Assembly (NCBI GenBank): GCA_023138735.1
Contig: JAGLOY010000085.1
Coordinates: 6,657 to 70,656, forward strand
Origin: Candidatus Aegiribacteria sp.
GTDB lineage: Bacteria; Fermentibacterota; Fermentibacteria; Fermentibacterales; JCC-6
DNA: 64,000 bases
Reading direction: 5' to 3'
A model generated the notes under the pieces. The model was given only the letters and a program-made list of their open reading frames with translations, searched no databases and was not told the DNA's origin. Positions 8,605 to 16,462 of the stretch are shown here, one piece after another. Within the stretch, counting starts at the first letter, position 1; each line of letters begins with the position of its first letter. Both the position numbers and the translations under genes were made by a program.

Positions 8605-10470
8605 TTGAGAACGAACCATAATAATTCAGTTAGAGACTATCTGATACACTATTTATCTTTAGAGAATCCGGGATTTGCAGTATTGCTTAAGGGGCAATGG
8701 GGTATTGGTAAAACATACTTCATAAAAAACATGCTTGATAGTCTAGAAGATTCGACAAAGTATTTGTATATCAGTCTATATGGTATTCTTTCATATGAAG
8801 AAATAGCGCTAGAGATGTTTCGGCAATTACATCCAGTTCTATCTTCAAAGGGAATGGTCACTGCAGGAAAATTCGGCCAGGTTATTATGCAGGCTGTTTT
8901 GAAAGTAGATGTTGTTGAGAAAAAACTATGGAAGAGTAAGTCAAACTCAATCCCAAAGTACATGATGGATTCGGGTCGTCTATTGGTGTTTGATGATCTT
9001 GAGAGATGTTCGATACCACTGATGGATATACTTGGGTACATCAATCAATACGTAGAATGTCAAGGATGCAATGTGCTAATAATTGCAAATGAGGAAGAAA
9101 TTGTTGATCGAGAAAAGGCAAGAAATACGAATGGTTGTGCAAGTGAGTATCGAAGAATTAAGGAAAAGATTATTGGTAAAACCTTCTTAATTCATCCGAA
9201 TACAAGTGAAGCTCTTGAAGCGTTTATTGAAAGTATCAAATCCAAGCAGGTTAGGGACATGTACGAAAGAAGTATTGATTCTATAAGAATGGTCTTTAAT
9301 GATTCGGATCATAACAATTTGCGGTTGCTTAAACATGCGTTACTTGATTTCGAAAGACTGTATCTTTGCTTAAATGCAGAATTACAGAATAATGAAAAGT
9401 TATCAACTCACCTTTTAGAAGTACTGATGGTGTTATCATTTGAATACAATTCAGGTATCATTCAAGAGAAAAATATACTTGAATTTCGTTCATCATATAT
9501 GCTTAATAGGATTGGGCATAGCGACGATTTTGATGAAACTGAATATGGTAAAATAGTGATTAAATATTCGAGTGATAGCTTGCATGATATTCTTATGGAT
9601 GGTGATCTTTGGGCTGAGATAATTGTTCATAACATTATTGATCCAGATCGTATAATCGGAACTTTAGAAAAGAGTAAATACTATTCGCACGATTTACAGC
9701 CGAGTTGGGTAAAACTATGGAGTTATAATGATCTTATAGAGGAAGAATTTAGTAAATATCTTAACATCGTCATTAAGGAATTCACCGATATGGTGCACGA
9801 TGAAATTGGTGTTGTAAAGCATATCTCTTCTCTACTACTGAGGTTAGCAGATATTGGTTTGAATCAACAACCCAAAGAAGAGATACTTAGCATATCGAAA
9901 GCTAACGTCGATCATCTGGCAGAAATTGGAAGGCTTATGTCTGAAAATAAGAATAGAATATTCGATGATGATGAGTCATGGGGAGGATTAGGATTCCTAG
10001 GCAGAAACTTAGAAGAGTTCAAGGAGCTATGTAAATATATTCACGAAGTGGAATCGGATGAGCAAAAAAGAAAATTACCTGGAGACGGAAAAGATCTCCT
10101 TGCGTTAATGACAGTAAATCCACAGCAATTCTATGATCACATTACGTTCGGAAATATTGGAGATGCTTTATATTATGAAATTCCGATACTAGCATACATT
10201 TCTGTAAAGGATTTCGTAAATTCGTTTATACAACTTAATCCAGAGATTCAAAGAAGAGTTATATATAGTTTGAAAAAGAGGTATAAATATCCAAATATCA
10301 ATAAAGAATTAAGATCAGAACAGAAATGGATATCAAGTGTATGCAATGAACTAATTAAGTATCGAGATTCCTTAGATGATGGTTTAACAAGACATAGACT
10401 TGAAGTTTTCACTATTCCGCAAATGCAGGAAGCAGAGGAATTACTAACATCATCATCAAGTGCGCTGTAG
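8605..10470 (+). CDS. KAP-family-like P-loop NTPase (no transmembrane insert)
   Basis: TTG start with an AAGGA RBS. Walker A GQWGIGKT, Walker B LLVFDDLER, and a long helical C-terminal region. No strongly hydrophobic segment lies between Walker A and B. Confidence 0.7.
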   Translation: MRTNHNNSVRDYLIHYLSLENPGFAVLLKGQWGIGKTYFIKNMLDSLEDSTKYLYISLYGILSYEEIALEMFRQLHPVLSSKGMVTAGKFGQVIMQAVLKVDVVEKKLWKSKSNSIPKYMMDSGRLLVFDDLERCSIPLMDILGYINQYVECQGCNVLIIANEEEIVDREKARNTNGCASEYRRIKEKIIGKTFLIHPNTSEALEAFIESIKSKQVRDMYERSIDSIRMVFNDSDHNNLRLLKHALLDFERLYLCLNAELQNNEKLSTHLLEVLMVLSFEYNSGIIQEKNILEFRSSYMLNRIGHSDDFDETEYGKIVIKYSSDSLHDILMDGDLWAEIIVHNIIDPDRIIGTLEKSKYYSHDLQPSWVKLWSYNDLIEEEFSKYLNIVIKEFTDMVHDEIGVVKHISSLLLRLADIGLNQQPKEEILSISKANVDHLAEIGRLMSENKNRIFDDDESWGGLGFLGRNLEEFKELCKYIHEVESDEQKRKLPGDGKDLLALMTVNPQQFYDHITFGNIGDALYYEIPILAYISVKDFVNSFIQLNPEIQRRVIYSLKKRYKYPNINKELRSEQKWISSVCNELIKYRDSLDDGLTRHRLEVFTIPQMQEAEELLTSSSSAL

Positions 10471-10694
10471 TTATTTGTTGATTAAGTACGGAGACATAGA
10501 TCAGGATCGACTTTATGCTATTGGAGCAATACGGGGAGGGAGAGGAATAGCCCTCCAGTTTGCAGCAAGGGACAACTTCTATCAAAGATTGCTTAATGAG
10601 TAATATCATAGACACTTTGAAGAAGAACTGGATTGAACGAAATAAGTGTTAAGTTGGATATCGAAAGTTGATGCCGTAAAGAAGGGAGTTATCC

Positions 10695-11267
10695 TTGCGA
10701 AAAGTCTTAAGTAAGGTTATTTCTCATCCTGTTATTTCTGGTCTTATTGTATTTGTCATTGGTCCTTCACTAATCGCTATCATTAAATGGGGATTTACAG
10801 CAGTAGTCAATTGGATATTTTCAATTCCGGAGTTGCTATTCTCAACCATAATCTTACCCATATGGTTATTCATCATACTTTTAATAACTTCAATTACTGG
10901 TGTTGTCTTTGGTTTACACTCATTGTTGAGCAAGAGGAATAGAATAATTGAAGATTACTTATGGGATACTTTCTTTGGAGTTACTTGGAGGTGGTACCAG
11001 AGTGATCTATATGGTTTGATAAATCTTAAGGCGTTTTGTCCTGAACAAGATTGCGATATGGAGCTTAAATTCATTCGCAAGATGATAACAGCTTCTGGCA
11101 GACCACTCACCTATTATTCCTGCCCTAATTGTGGGAAAAAAGATCTACTATTTGATGGAACTTTGAGCGACCTTAAAAAACATATTGAGAAATTAATTGA
11201 GAGAAATATTCGAGAAATAGAGAACGGGATTTCCATAAACAAGATAAGAGTGAGAGAAGCATTATAG
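10695..11267 (+). CDS. small membrane protein with C-terminal zinc ribbon
   Basis: TTG start preceded by GAAGGGAG. Residues ~10-75 form 2-3 hydrophobic helices (VISGLIVFVIGPSLIAII, LLFSTIILPIWLFIILLITSITGVVFGL). These are followed by CPEQDC...CPNCGKK. Confidence 0.6.
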   Translation: MRKVLSKVISHPVISGLIVFVIGPSLIAIIKWGFTAVVNWIFSIPELLFSTIILPIWLFIILLITSITGVVFGLHSLLSKRNRIIEDYLWDTFFGVTWRWYQSDLYGLINLKAFCPEQDCDMELKFIRKMITASGRPLTYYSCPNCGKKDLLFDGTLSDLKKHIEKLIERNIREIENGISINKIRVREAL

Positions 11268-11293
11268 AGAGAAGTATTCTCAAAGGGAGGATT

Positions 11294-12187
11294 GTGCCAG
11301 ATCATATAAGCATGTGTACTAATTTCCTTGGATTAGTGGATACATTTGAAAATACTATAATGAACCCTAATAATACTATCATGCTTGAATTAGATAGATA
11401 TAAGATTACTATAAAGCAAGATAAAAATGTAGTTCGAAACCAACCAAGATATTTTCAGGATCGTACTGCTATAACCTCCAAAGTGATAGTACAAGGAGTA
11501 ACAGCAAGTGCAGTTCAGAATGCAAACCGTATTCGAGATCGTATTTTAGAACTGCTATCTTTCATATCAATGTCATATGTAATCCCTAGCATAGTTCAGT
11601 TCCCTCCGGGTACTAATATTGATAGCAATGTACCCAGAGGATATGCATGTTATTACAAACCAGTAATAGAGATAAGGGATGCGAAGATAGTCAAAGATTT
11701 TATAGAGCAAGTATGGACAAAATACAATAAGATATACCGTAGAAGGAAATTACATGAAGTAATGGAATATCTAGCGATATCTGATTTTCCCCACCAACCA
11801 ATTGAATCGAAACTAGTTTTAGTGATTGTAGCTCTAGAATTCTTGAAGACAACTTATGCTCATTCCAGTGGAATTCCATTTATTTCGGGCAGCTTTAGAA
11901 AAGTAAGTACACCCCCCAAGGCGAACATTAAGCGCGAACCAAAGTATTCTTTTGAAGACCTTCTTACGAAGATGCTAATGGATGCAGGAATGCCTAAGGG
12001 TATTAAGAGGATAATTAGACTGCGTAACGAGCTTTTCCATGCTGGGCTTACAAACATTTGCAGAGAATCGAAGATGAAACGATATAATAGAATTCACGAT
12101 ATCATTAGAGAGTATCTCTTACGGATAATGGAATACAAAGGAAATTACATCTCTTACTCGGATCCAGATTCTTTTAAGCATATATAA
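11294..12187 (+). CDS. HEPN-motif protein (Rx4H), otherwise uncharacterised
   Basis: GTG start 3 nt after a GGGAGG RBS, 27 nt after the preceding gene. C-terminal IIRLRNELFHAG matches the HEPN Rx4H signature. Confidence 0.6.
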   Translation: MPDHISMCTNFLGLVDTFENTIMNPNNTIMLELDRYKITIKQDKNVVRNQPRYFQDRTAITSKVIVQGVTASAVQNANRIRDRILELLSFISMSYVIPSIVQFPPGTNIDSNVPRGYACYYKPVIEIRDAKIVKDFIEQVWTKYNKIYRRRKLHEVMEYLAISDFPHQPIESKLVLVIVALEFLKTTYAHSSGIPFISGSFRKVSTPPKANIKREPKYSFEDLLTKMLMDAGMPKGIKRIIRLRNELFHAGLTNICRESKMKRYNRIHDIIREYLLRIMEYKGNYISYSDPDSFKHI

Positions 12188-12735
12188 TTTGTGATATTTG
12201 ACTCATTTAGGATTAGATAATACATGTCACTTCAATTCAGGCAAAAGAAAACTGACAAAGAGTTCAAGAAATAAAACGACAATACAGTTTCCCATTACAT
12301 TGGGGATGTAATAGTATGAATTCACGGGTATTTTGATACACACAGAGAACTGGGCTTAAGATGCTGAGATCTATATAATTACTCTACATTCAATGAATTT
12401 CACTAATATATCCTTACTAATATGCGTGAAGAACGACTGTATCTATAGCAACTCCATTGAATTACACAAATATCGTATTATGCTGCTCCAATTATATCCA
12501 GGTATGCTTCCGCCATCGATGATATCCACTCTACAAAAGGGTTCCAAATACGTTCAGTAAGGGGTACCAAAGTTCAGAGTTTAGAACTCAATCCCAGTAC
12601 TGGCAACGCTTCGAAATACTTCCATCACGGGGTCGCCTTTGACGATACGGGACCGCCTTTGTTATCATCACTATAAGTACCGGATCAACAAGCTGGAGCT
12701 TACCTGATAGGGCTGAAGCCGGAGGGAGGCTGTAA

Positions 12736-13089
12736 ATGCGTATTTATGGAGTGTGGGCGGTGCTTTTAATACTTCCTTTAGCCGCCGGTGCAGCGGGGAT
12801 TGTAAGCACGATAGATGCGCCGGACAACGATATCATCGGCCTTGCGTGGCAGGACGGTCACCTCTGGGCGGTGGACAGGATGTCGGGATGGGCCTACGAG
12901 CTGAACCCCGGTGACGGAAGTGTCCTGTTCAGTTTCTACCCGGAGTACTCAGCGACCTACAATCCGTACGGATTGGCCTGCGGGAACGACACACTGTTCA
13001 TCAATTACGGCAAAGCGGTTGCCGGAGGAGTCCCAAGGATGTACGACACTTCGACCGGAGACTACCTTGGCGCTGTCGAGTTCTGTTGA
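12736..13089 (+). CDS. secreted beta-propeller repeat protein, N-terminal part (ends at an in-frame TGA)
   Basis: GGAGG RBS, signal peptide MRIYGVWAVLLILPLAAGAAG, and blade-like repeats (GLAWQDGHLWAVD, GLACGNDTLFINY). Same reading frame as the next ORF. Confidence 0.6.
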   Translation: MRIYGVWAVLLILPLAAGAAGIVSTIDAPDNDIIGLAWQDGHLWAVDRMSGWAYELNPGDGSVLFSFYPEYSATYNPYGLACGNDTLFINYGKAVAGGVPRMYDTSTGDYLGAVEFC

Positions 13090-13110
13090 GGGGGCGGCGT
13101 CCCATCGGCG

Positions 13111-13497
13111 ATGGGAATGGCCCACTTCGGAGAGTACCTCTATCTGGCAGGTGAGTACGAGTACATATGCGGCAGAGTCGAATACACGTTCAGTGACAGC
13201 GTTGAAATTTATCTGGAGTTCAACGGAGTATCCGGAGACATCTTCGACATCGCTTACGATTCTGGTGATATCTGGCTCGCCAGGGACCACCCTGACCAGC
13301 CCCTGCAGAAGTTCAATATAACCGGTACGGTAGTGGATTTCGTACCGTCCACCGTCATCCTCAGAGCCCATGGTCTCACGATGGATGACGAAGGATTCCT
13401 CTGGGTTTCCGACATGGAGACGGACCTCATCCACTGTATATCGCTGGAAACTTCCACCTCACCATCCACCTGGGCGCGTATCAAGCTGCTGCACTGA
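13111..13497 (+). CDS. beta-propeller repeat protein, C-terminal part (same frame as 12736-13089; no RBS of its own)
   Basis: The blade repeats continue (GMAHFGEYLYLAG, IAYDSGDIWLARD, GLTMDDEGFLWVSD). Frame identity checked arithmetically: 12736 and 13111 are both 1 mod 3. Confidence 0.5.
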   Translation: MGMAHFGEYLYLAGEYEYICGRVEYTFSDSVEIYLEFNGVSGDIFDIAYDSGDIWLARDHPDQPLQKFNITGTVVDFVPSTVILRAHGLTMDDEGFLWVSDMETDLIHCISLETSTSPSTWARIKLLH

Positions 13498-13598
13498 CAG
13501 GGAAAGCAATACAGGTGGGAAATGATCATTCTGAAATATCGAAGCTATTGTACAGTACTTTGCAGACCTTTATCTTCGGGAGTACTGGGAGGTATTGA

Positions 13599-14522
13599 AT
13601 GAAAACTGTTCGGGTACTTTCACTGGTTATCCTTTTCACCGCAACATATTCCGTATTTGCCGGTTCTCTTCCATTTTCCCGCTCCGGTCTGATCGATACC
13701 CCCACTGCATCCATCCTTCATCACACTCAGGTCAAACTGGGAGGGGCTGTCACCGCGTTCAGCTACCAGAATGCGGACAGCACTACTGAAAGCGATTTTG
13801 CGCTAGGAGGCTACCTTGAGTTCGGTCTTTTTGAAAGAGCTCAGTTAGGTGTTACATGGCTTGGAAATGCTGGAATTTCCGGCAATGTGCAGGTGCTCGC
13901 TATTAGAGAGACTACGACAATCCCTGCAATCGCAGTCGGATGTCAGAATATCATCGGAGAAGAAAATTACGAGTTCTTCCGGGATACGGAAGACAGTCTT
14001 TACAGGTATGAGGAATCACAGAGTTTTTCTGCGTATCTGGTACTTACGAAGAACCTTGATTATTTCTCCGGAATACCTATCTGCATCAACCTGGGTTACG
14101 GTATCGGAAGGTTCAGGCAGGGTGAAAATTCGGATTCCGACGGAATATCAAATCCCTTCCGAGGTCTTTTCGGCGGTTTTGATTACAATCCAACCAGAAA
14201 CGTATCACTGATGGTGGAATGGGATGGAAGAGATGCCAATCTCGGTGCGGCGTTTACAATGAACGATAATGTCCGCTTTCTCGGAGCAGTTGCAGAATTT
14301 GAACAGCTTGCGCTGAGTAACAGAGACCTCTCGGATGTCATGCAGAATGTCAAATTCAGCCTTGGAGTGGAGATCACTCTCGGACCCTTCCTCAACGCTA
14401 CAACTCTCGAATCCTACAGTGAGCTTACTCAGCGTGAAGCTGATGACCTTCTCCGTAAGCTTGAGGAAATAAGATCGCACGCCAGAGAGGATATCGAAGA
14501 GCTGAAGCACGATATTCCCTGA
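13599..14522 (+). CDS. putative outer-membrane beta-barrel protein (possibly YjbH-like)
   Basis: GGGAGG RBS, signal peptide, SGLIDTPTA N-terminal motif, alternating beta-strand pattern, and a coiled C-terminal tail. Confidence 0.55.
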   Translation: MKTVRVLSLVILFTATYSVFAGSLPFSRSGLIDTPTASILHHTQVKLGGAVTAFSYQNADSTTESDFALGGYLEFGLFERAQLGVTWLGNAGISGNVQVLAIRETTTIPAIAVGCQNIIGEENYEFFRDTEDSLYRYEESQSFSAYLVLTKNLDYFSGIPICINLGYGIGRFRQGENSDSDGISNPFRGLFGGFDYNPTRNVSLMVEWDGRDANLGAAFTMNDNVRFLGAVAEFEQLALSNRDLSDVMQNVKFSLGVEITLGPFLNATTLESYSELTQREADDLLRKLEEIRSHAREDIEELKHDIP

Positions 14523-14650
14523 TCATACAATTCACTCCGCTTAGATGAACCTGCATGGCCACTATGTGGCCTGGGGCACTTGTCTGTGATCCATTTGCTG
14601 ATTACGTTTACTAGAAGGATAATCTTCAGGGAGCAAATCTGGGAGGTCTC

Positions 14651-16441
14651 ATGACCGTTAAAAAGACGTTTCCGAAAAATACAGGACTGGTGAAGGCACT
14701 TGAAGAGGAGAGGGCACACCTTGAGATGCTGTTCGAAGGCCTGCAGGAGGGAATCGTCATGGTTGACAGCCTGGGGATTATAAAGCGGGTAAACAGGGAA
14801 TTCGAAAGGCTGTTCGGTTACTCCTCAGATGAGGCTGTCGGGAAGAGCATTGATGATCTAGTCGCTCCGGATGAGCTGAATGAGGAAGCCAGAAGTGTCA
14901 CGTCCGCTGTAGTTACCGGCAAAAAACAGATTCTTGAGACAAAGAGGCTTTGCAAAGATGGAAGTGTTCTAAATGTCTCGGTTATTGCATCACCGATATC
15001 GGTGGACAATCAGGTGGTGGGTTACTACGGGGTTTACCGCGACATCTCCGGCAGGAAGAAGGCCGAATCCGATCTCAGACACCAGAAAGCACTCCTGGAA
15101 CAGTTGTTCGAGAGTGCTCAAGAGGGCATAGTAATGGTCGCAAACGATGGTATCATTCTGAATGGCAACGGGGAATTTCTCAGGATGTTCGGCTTTGAAC
15201 TGTTCGATATCAAGGGCAGGAATATCGATGATATCATTACCTCGGAGGATTCTCTCGAGGAAGCCATCAACATTACAGACAGAGTCAGCAGCGGATTGAA
15301 AGTGTCTTTTGAGACCACCCGAACAAGGAAGGACGGGACTAAGATCGAGGTCTCGTTACTTGCTTCTCCCATAGTTATCGACAACGTTCAAGTTGCATTC
15401 TACGGCATCTACAGGGACATAACCGAAAGGAAGAGGGCAACCGAAAGGCTCAATAGATCAAGGCGAAGAATAGAGAGTCTGCACGGCATCGCCAGAAATC
15501 TTGAGAAGTCTGACTCCGAGAAAAAGGTTTACGATTGCGTCATCTCTGCAGCCTGCATGATACTGGATTTTCCTGCATGCTCGATCTCGGTGATCAGAAA
15601 GGACAGGCTGGTTCCAGCCTTCTTCTCCACACCTGACCTGGCGGAGATGCTGCGAGACAGCTTCCTGCCCGGCTCGGGTCTTGCAGGAAGATCCTATATG
15701 CTGCGAAAAACTCTCCTAGCCACGCACGACACTTCCCCTGATCAGTCAGGCCACGAGGATAATCATTCTTCCTATTTCCCACTTATTGGATCACCAGTTG
15801 GAACAATAGGTGTCTTCACGGGATTCGGAAGCGGCTCTGATCGAATCGAGGATGAACAGGCCAGTCTCCTGGAACTGCTGCTGGGTCATGCATCGGAGGC
15901 TGTCAACAGGATCCGGCTTCACCGGGAGCTAAGAGCCCAGGCCATTCATGATCCGATGACCTCCGTCTTCAACAGGCTCTACTTCGATGAAGCGATAAGG
16001 AAGGAAGTTGAAAGAGCTAGAAGGTATAACCACTCCATCGGAATCGTCATGATCGACATTGACAACTTCAAGGAAGTGAATGACCGTTTCGGTCATCAGA
16101 AGGGTGACGAGGTTCTTTGCGCCGTAGCTGGGAAGCTGCAGGAAGTGGTCAGGAAGGCCGATGACGTAATTCGGTATGGTGGTGACGAGTTCCTGATAAT
16201 CCTTCCGGAAACAGGGGAGGGGATTGATCGGGTCGTTAAGCGGTTGCGTGCTAACCTAATCGATCTCCCTGAGATCAGCTCCATAGTGGATTTTCCAGTT
16301 ACACTGTCGATTGGTTCAGCAGTATGGGATCCGGAGGCGGATATTACAATAGACCAGATTCTAACAAGAGCAGACAAACTCATGTACAAGAGCAAAAAGA
16401 AACATCACAAATTGGAGAATGAGAGTGATGGTCAGCATTGA
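14651..16441 (+). CDS. PAS-PAS-GAF-GGDEF diguanylate cyclase with RxxD I-site
   Basis: Two similar PAS cores (LFEGLQEGIVMVDSLGII.., LFESAQEGIVMVANDGII..). RKAD-x5-GGDEF in RKADDVIRYGGDEFLIIL. Confidence 0.9.
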   Translation: MTVKKTFPKNTGLVKALEEERAHLEMLFEGLQEGIVMVDSLGIIKRVNREFERLFGYSSDEAVGKSIDDLVAPDELNEEARSVTSAVVTGKKQILETKRLCKDGSVLNVSVIASPISVDNQVVGYYGVYRDISGRKKAESDLRHQKALLEQLFESAQEGIVMVANDGIILNGNGEFLRMFGFELFDIKGRNIDDIITSEDSLEEAINITDRVSSGLKVSFETTRTRKDGTKIEVSLLASPIVIDNVQVAFYGIYRDITERKRATERLNRSRRRIESLHGIARNLEKSDSEKKVYDCVISAACMILDFPACSISVIRKDRLVPAFFSTPDLAEMLRDSFLPGSGLAGRSYMLRKTLLATHDTSPDQSGHEDNHSSYFPLIGSPVGTIGVFTGFGSGSDRIEDEQASLLELLLGHASEAVNRIRLHRELRAQAIHDPMTSVFNRLYFDEAIRKEVERARRYNHSIGIVMIDIDNFKEVNDRFGHQKGDEVLCAVAGKLQEVVRKADDVIRYGGDEFLIILPETGEGIDRVVKRLRANLIDLPEISSIVDFPVTLSIGSAVWDPEADITIDQILTRADKLMYKSKKKHHKLENESDGQH

Positions 16442-16462
16442 TCTACTGCATTCAAATCGGTA

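Noticed and set aside
10530-10551. GC-rich hairpin ggaggg-n10-ccctcc after the KAP NTPase gene, considered as a terminator.
   Set aside because: It has only a 6-bp stem with a 10-nt loop and no following U-tract. I kept it only as a caveat on operon structure and did not list it as a feature.
12290-12302. Exact 13-mer tcccattacattg shared with 4725-4737, both in island intergenic DNA. Considered as possible att or terminal repeats.
   Set aside because: A 13-nt exact match is expected many times by chance in 64 kb on both strands: about 4e9 pairwise comparisons against 4^13, which is about 6.7e7. No extended similarity surrounds the match.
12188-12735. Island/chromosome junction searched by eye for a tRNA gene, an integrase fragment or direct repeats.
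   Set aside because: I saw no T-arm-like GGTTCGAATCC-type motif and no cloverleaf. Only a short duplicated word (cgcctttg) is present. Without a tool such as tRNAscan or Aragorn I cannot exclude a divergent tRNA or tmRNA fragment.
13087-13089. In-frame TGA considered as evidence for genome-wide UGA reassignment (code 4 or 25).
   Set aside because: Neighbouring well-defined genes end at TGA (14520-14522, 16439-16441). Many gene overlaps use ATGA or GTGA with TGA acting as a stop.
12911-13529. Overlapping alternative-frame ORFs (136, 161 and 91 aa) over the propeller gene.
   Set aside because: They have no repeat structure or motif. The frame-1 plus-strand reading shows the signal peptide and periodic blade repeats.
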